Shown here piece after piece: positions 13,190 through 24,838 of a stretch of 64,000 nt of DNA (its first letter is position 1; each line of letters opens with the position of its first letter). The notes beneath the pieces are model-generated. The model ran no database searches and was not told the origin of the DNA. It worked only from the letters and a program-made list of their open reading frames with translations. This DNA is from Azolla caroliniana (Eukaryota; Plantae; Polypodiophyta): the NCBI GenBank assembly GCA_043228905.1, contig JBHGNT010000006.1, positions 2,418,001 through 2,482,000 of the forward strand, in the 5' to 3' direction. The position numbers and the translations under genes are program-made.

Positions 13190-16100
13190 GAGAAAACAGA
13201 AAGAAGCTTTATTATTAGTATAATGCCATACATACAAACGTTGGTGGTGGTGGCTTTATAAGGCCACCACAAATAGACATACGGTTTCCTTCTCATGAAG
13301 GAAACCGATTTCATAGAAACTAAATAAGAACTACATAATAATTTATTTTACTTTATTTTGCTTATTATTTTCTTCACTCCCCCCTAAGCAAAATTTTCTA
13401 GAAGTGTAGGTTTTCATCTTTATCTTCGATTACATTAATTAATCCAACTTGCTTGCAACAAATAATGTGCTTAGAATGTTGAAGAGGCTTCGTTAGAAAA
13501 TCAGCCCACATTTGATGAGTGGGAGCAAACTTTAACTCTATCTTCTTCGTTTCAATGAGATCACGAAGAAAGTGATGCTTCAAGTCCACATGACGGATAT
13601 TGTCGCTCATCTTCGGATTGTTGGCTAACTTGATGCAAGATTGATTATCACAAAATAAAGTCACTGGTGGAATAGTAAATAATTTAAATTCATCGAGCAT
13701 AGCTTTAATCCATATGCCTTCTTTAGCCGCTAAAGCCGCGGCAACATATTCAGCTTCGGTGGATGACAATGCTACAGTAGTTTGTTTCTTTGACTTCCAC
13801 GAAATTGCACCGCCAGCTAGTGTGTAAACATATCCACCCGTTGACTTGCGATCGTCCACATCTCCCCCCAGTCCGAGTCCGACCAACCAATTAGTTGGCT
13901 AGAGGAGTTTGTCCATCCTTGCACAAGTGTGGTTGACTCGGATTGTGTAGCGGAGTAAGTCAACGCATAATGTTGAGTATGCTTCAAGTATCGAAGTAAT
14001 CTTTTGAGTGCGGTCCAATGCTTTGGTCCTGGATTAGCCATGAAACGAGAAAGAAAACAGGCGGCAAAGCAAATATCGGGACGTGTGCAACTTACTAGAT
14101 ATCTTATACATCCAAGGATTTGCTTATAGGGTACATCCTTCATTTCGGAAATTTCTCGTTCATTTTTAGGAGAATCATCATTTGAAAGTTTACATGGAGA
14201 GGTAAGAGGAGTACTAATAGGCTTACTATGGAGCATATCAAATCTTTGGAGGATAGAATTAACATAATTTGATTGTGATAATGAGATAGTATGATTTGTT
14301 CTATCTTGAGTTATTTTGATGCCTAGAAAATGGGTCATAGGGCCTAAATCGGTAATAGGAAAAACATATGCAAGTTCCTTCTTTGCTATAGCTAGATAAG
14401 ATTTAGAGTTAGAGATCAAAGGCAAATCATCAACATAGACACCTATGATAACAAAATTGGATTTGGCTTTTCTAACATAGATATTTGGCTCATTGTTTAG
14501 ACGATGATATCCAACTTTTATGAGAAAAGAGTGTAGTTTGGGATACCATATGCGTGGAGATTGCTTAAGACCGTAAATAGATTTACGAAGTCGACAAACA
14601 TGTGTTGGATGACTTGGATCTTCAAAAAATTGTGGTTGTTGTAGATAAAGTTCTTCATCTAAATCTCCATGAAGAAAAGCCGTTTGTACATCCAAATGAT
14701 GCAATTCGAGATCATGTTGTGCGGCAAGAGAAACGAGCATTCGAAAACCACATATTTTTAGCGTTGGACTAAATGTATCTTGAAAATCAATACCTCGTAC
14801 TTGAGAGAATCCTCGAGCAACTACACGAGCCTTGAAGCGAATTGGATTGCCATTACTATCTCGCTTTATGCGTAAGACCCATTTAGAACCAATTATTTGT
14901 CGATCCTTTGGAGGCTCAACGAGGGTCCACGTACCATTTTTAAGTAAAGCCTTCATTTCTTCTTCCATAGCCTTTCTCCATTTGATAGAATCCGGTCCGG
15001 AAAGTGCATCTTTGGCCGATAGATTTGTGTCATCACCAAGGGTTGGAATATCTTCTTCTTGAATATAAGCTTCATGGTCCAAGTCGATGAAATGTGCTTC
15101 CATTTGATCAAGTTGTTCATAAATACTACTTAGAGATCTATACTTTGGAGGTGGAGAGTTTGGTGGAGAAGTTGGTGATGACACTTGGAATGAAGGATTA
15201 GGAGAGGGAGTGGAGAAGATAACATTATTTGTATTATTAGTGGGGGTTAAATAGTATGTATTTAAAGGAGTATGAGGAAGAGAATCATCTAGAGTTTGGA
15301 ATGAGGGAGGATGAGAAGAAGAATTAATTGGTTGAGTAGGATTGTTCTTGGCCTTGTGAATAGATGGAAGAGCAACACAAATTGTGGAAGTAGAGGATGA
15401 GCCAATGTTGGCTCCTTCAATATGAGAGCTATTAGTATTAGAGATGGTTGAGGAATATGGTTGTAAGTAATTAGGGGTAGGTAATAAGGGAGGTAGATTA
15501 AAAGATAGTGAAGAAGAAACCTTTGTAGAAGGTCCATTTTCTTGGAATATCACACTACGACTAAAGAATATTCTTTGTTTTTGTGGATCGAAGAGCTTGT
15601 ACGCCTTGTATCCCGAAGCTTCTCCATATCCGATGAAGATTGATTTTGTAGCCCTTGGATCTAGCTTATTTCTTTGAACATTTGGCACAAAAGCATAAGC
15701 ATCACAACCAAAAATACGAAGATTACTTAAGTTAGGTTTGTGACCATGCCATAATTCATAAGGGGTTTGGAGCCCCAAAGACCTATGAAATCCTCGATTT
15801 TGAATATAGCAAGCGGTGCCAACCGCTTCCTCCCAAAATTGAGGCGATAAGTGAGCAAATTTTAACATACTTCGAGCCATATTGAGAAGTGATCTATTCT
15901 TCCTTTCGGATACACCATTTTGTTGTGGTATGTGTGGTGTTGATATTCTATGATGTATGCCTTCATTTTGATATAAACTTTGAAACTCATGAGACACATA
16001 CTCACCACCACCATCGGTTTGAAGACTTTTAATCTTTGATGATGTTTGCACTTCGACTCGAGCCTTGTATTCTTTGAATGCTTGATAAGCTTGACTCTTG

Positions 16101-18017
16101 TACTTGAGAAAATGCAAGATTGAAAATCGACTAAAGTCATCGATAAAGCTAATGAAATATTTGGCTCCACTAAGAGAAGGGTTTGGAAAAGGACCACATA
16201 GATCACTATGTACTAATGCAAGAGGGGTAGTGGCTCTAGATCTATGCTTTGGGAAGGGTTGTTGGGGCATTTTCCCAAAGATACAACTTTCACACAAAGA
16301 GATAGGCTTGAAAGGTTCTTTTGGCAAACCATGGACTAGATTATTACATTGTAGTGTTTTTAGAGCATTGAAATGCATATGACCTAGACGAAAATGCCAA
16401 AGAGAAGAAGGAGAATGAAGATTGGTTAAAGATATGGAGGATTGTATTGGGGTAGTATGATGTGCTTCTAAAATAAGAGATGTAGGAATACATTTTATGG
16501 GATATAAGCCTCCTTCTCGTTTACAACATGTTCTAATAAGTTCTCCATTTGAGGCCTTATGTTTAATAATAGCATGGTTAGGATGAAATTCAATTATTGT
16601 ACCATTTGCCGTTGCTTGGCTAACCGATAGCAAATGTTTGGTGATGCCCGGGACATAGAGAACTTCATTGATTGTGAAATGTCTTCCTCCTGTGACTTCA
16701 AAAGTAATATCACCCTTGCCAATAGCTTGTTTAGTCCCATTATTTCCAAATCTTACAATGATAGGAGGTTCAACTTCCTTATAATTACTTAACCAATCTT
16801 TTCTATTAGTTAAGTGGTTAGTAGCACCAGTGTCGAGATACCACATGTCATTTGCATTACTTGGATTTGGAATCGTGGCGGAAAGTGATTCGGCAATGAA
16901 CGCTTGTAGAACATCGTCATACGTGTCACCATTTCGATGTCCACCTCCCATGGCTTTTTCATCATCCATCTCTTCTTCAACAATATGGGCTTGTACACGC
17001 CTCCATGGTTGATGATTCTTGAAATTTGTCTTTGCCCGGCAATCTTTTGTTGCATGATTTGTATGTTTGCATATCTTGCAATAAGTATTGTTGAACCGCA
17101 TTCCTCCTTGTTTTGTGTTTTGATCTTTCTTTAGCCACGGCTTCGAGCTTTCTCCTCTTTGGGTGAACCTCTTGTTCTTGTATGCTACCATTGCCACACT
17201 TGTTGTTGAATTTGAGGACCTTTGTGAACGCATTGTTTCCTCCTGTCTAATGTTTGCAAGAAGATCAATTAGCGTTGGGCAATTTATAGAGTTTTGGGTG
17301 GTTCGGAAAGTGGACCACGAGTGAGGAAGAGCACCAAGAAGGAGAATCTTTTGTAATTTATCATGGATTTCCAATCCAGAAGTTAACACATCATCTAATT
17401 TCTTTTGCCACATTAATAGAAAATCACCAACCGGTTGTTCGTCAATCATCTTGTAATTAACAAGAGCTTGGAGTGTATGTGCTTGTTGGGCGTCATTCTT
17501 TGGTTCGTAGATAGTTTGTAAGTGCTTCCACATTTCTTGAGCGGTCTCCATTTTTCGTAATGTTTCTCCGGTGCCATCATTTACGTGCATTAGAATTTCC
17601 ATTCTTGCACACAAGTCTTTTTCTTCAAATTCTTCAAGCTCTTCGCTTTTTTGGGGTTTTGTCGACGATCCTGAAATTATGTCCCATACTTTATTATATT
17701 TAAAAAGTAATTCTAATCTTGCCTTCCAAATTCGGTAATTTGTGTCCGACAATTTCTCGATCGTGAACTTTCGCATGTTGAGTTGCGACGACGACATAGA
17801 TTGTGCCATTATTGCAGAGGGCTGTCCGGATCAGCGCACGGCAAACACAAATTGTCGTTCGTTATTTGACGATCTTGGACACTATGAATATATAGTTATT
17901 TTTTTTTGTATGGGCATGAAACTTAACTTATGATAAGGGCATGTATTTTGTAATTTAGAAAGGCATAGGCATAGGCTCTGATACCATGTAGACAATGAAA
18001 GAGAAAGAGAGATAGAA

Positions 18018-18062
<45 letters not shown>

Positions 18063-18331
18063 GAGAAAACAGAAAGAAGCTTTATTATTAGTATAATGCC
18101 ATACATACAAACGTTGGTGGTGGTGGCTTTATAAGGCCACCACAAATAGACATACGGTTTCCTTCATTATTAGTATAATGCCATACATACAAACGTTGGT
18201 GGTGGTGGCTTTATAAGGCCACCACAAATAGACATACGGTTTCCTTCTCATGAAGGAAACCGATTTCATAGAAACTAAATAAGAACTACATAATAATTTA
18301 TTTTACTTTATTTTGCTTATTATTTTCTTCA
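13076..18331 (-). mobile_element. Full-length, young Ty1/Copia retrotransposon
   Basis: Near-identical LTRs at 13076-13376 and 17987-18331. PBS-Met at 17975-17986, PPT at 13377-13384, 5-bp TSD CGAAT at 13071-13075 and 18332-18336. Confidence 0.97.
13398..17809 (-). CDS. Copia gag-pol polyprotein (gag, zinc knuckle, protease, integrase, RT, RNase H) with one 1-nt frameshift
   Basis: 1330-aa ORF with CKICKHTNHATKDC, WYLDTGA, WHFRLGH...CESC, LVHSDLCGP and YVDD. RNase H continues in ORF 13398-13886 after a shift in a G run at about 13864-13869. Confidence 0.93.
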
Positions 18332-18784
18332 CGAATGCCGACGAGATCTGTTGATCCAAGAGTGTCACGCATGCGTGCAGAAAACCGTTACACACTACTG
18401 TACATACCAGGGAGCCTACCGTCCGGATTTGGTTGTCTCTGCCAATACTGTCTGTCATGTTGCGGGGTTGCTACTTCCAATACAGCAATCAAGCTGACTA
18501 CCTGCAGGCATTGGCCACTGATGTTTGGACTACGAATCACGAGTCGTGTGGTACGGCACCGACCTCTCCCACGCACGCACGCGGGCGTGTGGCCGGCCCT
18601 AGATTATATGCGCCGGGTTGCGCCATACCAAACGGGTTATTTTGCATCTGTGGCCATCGTAGACGTCAAGAATTTCTACCCGACCGTCTACGCACTCGCG
18701 CAGTAGCTGCCGTTCCTCAGCTCGGACGAGTGCGCCCAATCCCACGATCGCGTTATGCTTTTATACCTTCAACACATCCATGAT

Positions 18785-19118
18785 TGTGGCATTCAAAGTA
18801 CACCACGACACTTCGTATCGATTATTGTATGTTATCGCCTCCACCACCTAAACATCCGCCACCACCGCCGTCATCACCACCACTCCTACCACCAGGATTC
18901 ATTGGTACCATCACCGCCATCACGTAATTCCATATAAACACTATCCCATTACTGTGGCATTCAAAGTACACCACGACACTTCGTATCGATTATTGTATGT
19001 TATCGCCTCCACCACCTAAGCATCCGCCACCACCGCCGTCATCACCACCACTCCTACCACCAGGTTCATTGGTACCATCACCGCCATCACGTAATTCCTT
19101 ATAAACACTATCCCATTA
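18785..19118 (+). repeat. ~168-bp tandem duplication of the Pro-rich exon end and splice donor of copy 2
   Basis: TGTGGCATTCAAAG...CTATCCCATTA starts at both 18785 and 18953. Confidence 0.9.
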
Positions 19119-19538
19119 GGCCAAGGGTTTTTAATATGTCATTCCATCCATAGATCTTCAATTTGTTTTTGTGGATCTACCCTACAATTTTCGGGTAAAC
19201 TCCATAAATTTATATTGAGATCGTGAAGCTAATTTGTCGTAATCGGGTCGATGCAACAGAAGCTGTGCAAATTAGCACATGGATACTCCTCGTGGGCGCA
19301 GTGGTGATTTTATCGTTCATCATCATTGCCGTGTTGATCATACATCAGTGCTATTGTAGCCCGGATTCAGAAGATAATCAGAGTTCTCTATTGGGCAGAT
19401 AAGTGAATCTTGCTAGGCACATCGTGTCCATGGAAATTAACCCAATCATCATGTCAGTCTTGTGAAATTCTCTATTTCGCTATAATAACACTTGTTATCG
19501 AAGATTCGAAAGTTGTGGGATCTCTGGGGACACCATAA

Positions 19539-19542
<4 letters not shown>

Positions 19543-19595
<53 letters not shown>
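19543..19595. repeat. (TA)n microsatellite
   Basis: Perfect TA run. Confidence 0.95.
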
Positions 19596-19598
<3 letters not shown>

Positions 19599-20154
19599 GT
19601 ATTATACTGTCTTCCTCCTCCTTCGTCTTCTTTGAAGCAAATTTAATCAATTCTACATGTCAATCAAGTGTATAATGACGAGTCAATAATTACTGATTTG
19701 TACAAGCTATCAATTAATTTTCTTTGCTTTGTATCATAAAATCTTCCGTTGCTTGCTTATAGCATTTTAAAATGCATTAAAACATGATCTCAACTTGGGA
19801 GCAATTTTCAAATTATTTTCTTGAAATATTATTCTCCCAAAAGCTGCAATGCAATCTAAATATGATATTAATTGTGTAGCAAAATTCCATCTTTCTTAGG
19901 TACAACTCGATTTCTTCAGTGTATAAAGTTACGTTAACGCAAAAGTGTAATGTTTGATTGAAAGGTAATAATCGTTGGACAGCTTTTTCCTTCCGATAAT
20001 GTGAAATACCACAGATTTGATCTCACCCTACTTCAGAAAATATTATCGTTTAAAGGATTCTGGATCAGAATGTGGTGGGCCATCATGACTCCATGGCATA
20101 AGGGAAGAAGGACAAGAGAGCTCTTCTCTACCAACATAATCCATGAATATATCT

Positions 20155-20330
20155 ATGCAAACCAATATAGGGTGGACTAAATGCATTGGTATAAACATTT
20201 GCAAACCAATATAGAGTGGACCAAATCCATTGGTATAAACATTTGCAAATCAATATAGAGTGGACCAAAACCCATTGGTATAAACATTTGCAAACCAATA
20301 TATATATAGAGTGGACCAAACCCATTGGAA
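20155..20330. repeat. ~43-bp minisatellite (about 4 units); paralog at about 32735-32905
   Basis: The unit CAAACCAATATAGAGTGGACCAAATCCATTGGTATAAACATTTG is repeated in both locations. Confidence 0.85.
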
Positions 20331-22312
20331 TAAAAATAATAATAAGTTTTACGAATCCATTAGTATATTTGTTGCTATTGCAATAATAATAATAATAATA
20401 ATAACAATAACAATTCAATTCATCGAACATTTCATGAATCTTAACATCCCAAGGGGTTCAATGCACATTAGAGTCTCTATATTATCGTGTGACCTTCCAA
20501 GTCATTTTCCATTCTTTGAAAAAGAATTTCCCTTAACCCTTCAGAAATCCATCAAAGTTATTGAATAAATCACCTAAATTTTAACACCTATAAAACTACA
20601 TGTTGTTGACAAAAACTCGAATGTTTGTAAGAGGGTCATGTGTGTTTGAAAGGTTGTCCTTTGTATATCCCAAGACCATCATGAAATTTTGCGTAAAGAA
20701 TAAAAATGTTGGGATGCTTGAGGGTAATTCCACGGTTCCATACTTACTTAAAACATAGGCTCTTTCATCTTGGGGCCGCATTTAATGAAATGTGCATGTG
20801 CTCAAACAAATAACATAGAATGAGTTTATTCCACCTATGATACTTTGTGTACCTTGCAAGAAATAATATGGTCTCAACTTCTAACATCTTTTCATTTCAT
20901 GTTCTCCCAAATGTTGTAGTGCAACTCAAATTACAGTATTTCCATGAGTATTACGAATCAAATTTCTCTTTCTTGGTGGGTGCTTATGAAATATAAATGT
21001 TTTTACACATTATATCTTTGCAAATGCTACACGAAACTACAACTATTACACCATCTCCTTCTGTAAAATTACATCATCTGAATCAAACTACAAGTAGCAT
21101 TAAAGGGTGTTACAACATTCATGGTAAACGCAACCAAACTACAACACCATCGCCCTCTTTGAAATTACGTTGATTACATCAAACTACATGCATCATTAAA
21201 AAGTGTCACAACATTCAAAGTAAAGGCAATCACAATAAGTAAACGTTCGAACTAAGTGCCTAGTGTGTGTTGTCGCAAAAATCCGCCAGTGAGTGCGAAT
21301 CATGAGGCAGAGCCACCGAGTTTCTGGACTAGAAGGAATCAGGGCTTACACACACGACACAAATGTTTGAACTTTTTGGGTAAAGGAAAGGTGCATGGGT
21401 AAACTCGAAACGCTCCCCAAGTCACAAGACTAACAAACACACAATGTTCATATCTCACGCTCTCTTGGTTGAAATTCGTCTTTGAACTCTTCCACCTTTC
21501 AAAACCTCAAACCTTCCTCATCCTCCTCCGCCTACCCCTTTTTGGTTAAGAATACACACTTATTTATAGAATAATACTTGTTTTTTATTGCGTTATTCTT
21601 GTTTAAAAAAAAAAAAACTTAGAGTCTATGTGAGACGGTTTTCTTTTTCTCATTATTTTTGGAAAGCTCTCATTGACAGTTTTTTTATAAACTTTTTCTT
21701 TTGACATTTGGATATTGGACGAAGAAGTTATGAGCTTTTATTTTTTCTCTACCTAAATCTCCATATCCACGCCTTGCTTTTTTTTCTACTTTTGAAAACA
21801 CCTCTAACCTGATATCCCTTCAAGTACCTTCTTTCTTTAATACTTGAACCTTTCATATCGTGCTTTATTCTCTAAAATCTTAGCATCCAACGTATTTCTC
21901 AAAAACAAAAGCTGACATTATAATATCGATGTACCTTGAATGAGTTCATCTTTGTGACATGTATGGGTTATTTGTACTATTATCTTATTGCCTATCCAAG
22001 GTGGTTGCACACTGTGTCGAAAGCATCACGGCACCGTAGTGCGTCAACCCCACTAGGTACGCTTGGCACAAATATTTTCGCTACTACAATTATGGAGTCT
22101 CCAAGAACATGTACTTTGGGCCAAGATTAACCATATAATATAATTTGTTTTGTTTTTAACATGAATATCCCAAATTCGTAAATGGCCACCCACAAAGAAT
22201 TTGACTTTACTAGAAATTTATTTGATGATCTCTACTAGTCCCCTCCGATATCTAATCTTCTCATTAGCCGTAGATATTATTATGACCTTCAATTATGAGA
22301 TCACGCATCACC

Positions 22313-22345
22313 ATGTCAATCAATTCACATAATTAAGGGTGTGAT
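22313..22345 (+). pseudogene. DUF26-family copy 3: promoter and first codons only, cut by an LTR
   Basis: Conserved upstream block at 22201-22312, then ATGTCAAT..CACATAATTAAGGGTGTGAT, then TGTAAG at 22346. The gene body is absent. Family downstream sequence resumes near 32362. Confidence 0.8.
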
Positions 22346-22398
22346 TGTAAGAAATCAAGCAATAACACAAGAGATAGGAAGAAGATAACAGGGAGAGA

Positions 22399-23141
22399 AA
22401 GAAAGAAAGAAAGATATATTAACGTCTTCTAAGACCAAAATTGGCCCATGAGACAAATGGTGTACAACAAAAAATGGGATATTTACCCATTCATCGAAAG
22501 TAAAAAATAAAAATAAAAATAAAAATAGAGTTTTAAGCTAAATAGTTCTAGTAAAATAAAATAACAAACATGTTCTACAATTAAAATGATGTTATACTAG
22601 GCCTAATTTCATTTCCATCCAAGTCTCTCGAAGAGAAGTAGGAGGTCAAAGGGTTTCGATGTGGATGTGGCCCGTGGCCCCAATGTAAAAGGTACCCCAA
22701 CCATAGCTTCTAATCGACATAGCTCACGTTCCCTTATCTTCTTAATCCTTTCTACTCTGTGTCGACTTGTTTTGAAGCCCAACATCCGAGGGCGTTTGGT
22801 TGTTTTTTGCGTTTCAGCTTCCTCAAGAGAGAGGCTGAGCGGCGTAAGTGTATCCACATTCATCATCTGTCCTTGTTCCTGAAAAATTACACTAGTTACA
22901 AGTTCATCAATAGTAAAAGGGTTATGGTTAACACTTTGTAATTTATTCTCCCTATGTTGTTTTAGCTCTAAGATATACCTACCTAGTCTCTTTACATCCG
23001 GGGTATCTAATAGTTTGGAGAGGGTGGGAGAGGGTCCTAATATGTCTTGGTAATCCACTCGTATCTCGGCATAAGTTGGGCACTTGCATGTGAAGTGATA
23101 ATCATCCACTATCTCTATGCACAACCTACATAGCCTTTCCT
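22399..23141 (-). mobile_element. 5'-truncated non-LTR retrotransposon 3' end (CCHC-type C-terminus)
   Basis: EERLCRLC...DDYHFTCKCPTYAEIR motif. The 3' end is a (CTTT)n tail on the minus strand. It replaces about 36 nt of the left LTR arm. Confidence 0.6.
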
Positions 23142-23168
23142 CACATGAATAGTGGTTACAATGTGTAT

Positions 23169-23223
<55 letters not shown>

Positions 23224-23485
23224 CAAAGTTCGGAGATGTTGGAGAAGGGCAAACACTAATTTTGATGTATCTTCTTGCTACGGTGTCCGTTTGCTTTGTT
23301 CTTTAGCTCGTTTCGAAGCCCGCACATAGAGCTTTCTAAACAGTATCTGCACGTATCATTTGGAGGTCTTGGTAGAACGTTACGAGTAAAAATTCCGTTC
23401 GACTGCATGCATCTCATGATCGCTTGCTTTGATTCCTTCTCCAACACAATTACTTGTAAGTGAACTCTCTCCTATTTCTTGTCAT

Positions 23486-24838
23486 ATGGTTGGTAGTGTT
23501 TTCATGAATATGGATGAGTCTCCAAATTCTTCAAAGGATGCGTGCATGGTTGAGTCATTATCAAGCCCAAGAGGGGATGGTAAAAGAAAACGATGTATTG
23601 GACATAATAGTAATGACATGTCTTATGCTGATGCAATGCGACAAGATGATATTGAGAAAGATGATAGTCATTGGGAACATTTAAGATGCATGGCAAATAT
23701 AATGGAAGATTGTATAAGGGAGAATGTGAAAGTTGCTGAGGAGTTTGTTGATGATGAAGTGGCTAAGGTAGAAATAGACAATAAGGAGTTTTTGGGCTCA
23801 TTTGCTAATTTTTGTGATAAAGGGGTCATATTGTTTTTCACGGGAAAGATACCTTTCCTTTGGAGGGTCAAACAATGGTTATGTGGGATTTTACAAACTG
23901 ATTGTGTTCAGGATGTTTATGCTGGTCCTCGTGGATTTTATGAGGTTGTTTTGGTATCACAAGAGTATAAAGAGAAATTACTCAATAAATTGCCATTTTT
24001 TTATGAGAAAAGTTTGGTTCATATTGTTCCGTGGAGACCATTAGTGGAATATCAAGATATATTAAAGCAAGAGTGTCCCGTATGGGTTGAGGTAGAGTGC
24101 ACATATTCAGTGGTTTGGCCAATATTACGGTCAGCGAGGGAAAAGTTGGGAAAGATCTTGGCGCCTCCTAGTGCTAATGCTCAAAATCGATATCGGATGT
24201 GTATTCTTTGGAATACTACTATAAAGAGGCCAAGTTGTTTACAGATTGCATGTTCTGGTATGCCACCTATGTATTTTCGGCTTAAATGGGGTACATTTGC
24301 AGGACATTGTTTCCATTGTGGTGTGTTGGGGCATTTTATGGCTGAATGTCCTCAAAAAAGAAATAATGTAGTGGAAGTGGTACATGAAGAGCCTACAACT
24401 CATGATCAGATTCAAGATTTGACAATTTCAGAGCAAACAAAGGAACCACAAATTGTGAATGAGAAGGATGGAAAGACTCTAGAGGATGAAGGACAATGGT
24501 CAATAGTTTCTGGAAAGATGAAGAAGTCTAATAAAAATGTTGGGCATAATGTATCTATGGAGAAGGTCACATCGACACATCCCATGCGGAATAAACCATG
24601 GGCTCGTCAAGAGGACTATCCAAAGAAATTATCTTTTGATAATAAAGGTAATTTGTATGTTCCTTGGAATAAACGGAAATCAGTGCCTCGTTCACATGAG
24701 GAGCCATCAGGGTCTGGAGTTTTGTATTCCCATAGTAATTCATATGCAATCTTAGGGGATTTATTTCAGGATATGGCAGAAACATTAGCAGTGAAGGAGA
24801 AGGAGATTTCTCGAATAAAAGGAAAAAATAAAGTATGA
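23486..24838 (+). CDS. LINE ORF1 (DUF4283-like region plus zinc knuckle)
   Basis: Open frame with GFYEVV..., CPVWVE and CFHCGVLGHFMAEC. The first in-frame ATG is at about 23486. Confidence 0.85.
   Translation: MVGSVFMNMDESPNSSKDACMVESLSSPRGDGKRKRCIGHNSNDMSYADAMRQDDIEKDDSHWEHLRCMANIMEDCIRENVKVAEEFVDDEVAKVEIDNKEFLGSFANFCDKGVILFFTGKIPFLWRVKQWLCGILQTDCVQDVYAGPRGFYEVVLVSQEYKEKLLNKLPFFYEKSLVHIVPWRPLVEYQDILKQECPVWVEVECTYSVVWPILRSAREKLGKILAPPSANAQNRYRMCILWNTTIKRPSCLQIACSGMPPMYFRLKWGTFAGHCFHCGVLGHFMAECPQKRNNVVEVVHEEPTTHDQIQDLTISEQTKEPQIVNEKDGKTLEDEGQWSIVSGKMKKSNKNVGHNVSMEKVTSTHPMRNKPWARQEDYPKKLSFDNKGNLYVPWNKRKSVPRSHEEPSGSGVLYSHSNSYAILGDLFQDMAETLAVKEKEISRIKGKNKV

Larger units (their letters stand above)
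12784..19402 (+). pseudogene. DUF26-family copy 2 pseudogene (2xDUF26, Pro-rich stalk, TM and short tail) split by a Copia element
   Basis: Starts MSMHIIKGVMG. Lesions: a 40-nt frameshifting deletion at 12945/12946, a Copia at 13076-18331 inside Y-E-C, further indels and a deletion near 18750. The Pro-rich end is duplicated. Exon 2 (19260-19402) encodes a 21-aa TM helix and tail. Confidence 0.88.

Noticed and set aside
12979-13314. ORFs with LSLSLS runs (also 17882-18145 and the N-terminus of 22609-23256)
   Set aside because: Translations of (CT)n microsatellites in LTRs.
20155-20330. Regularly spaced repeats resembling a CRISPR array
   Set aside because: Head-to-tail units without unique spacers, in eukaryotic context, with no cas genes.
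21240-21950. Unique segment upstream of copy 3, possibly an insertion
   Set aside because: No termini, TSD or coding motifs could be defined.
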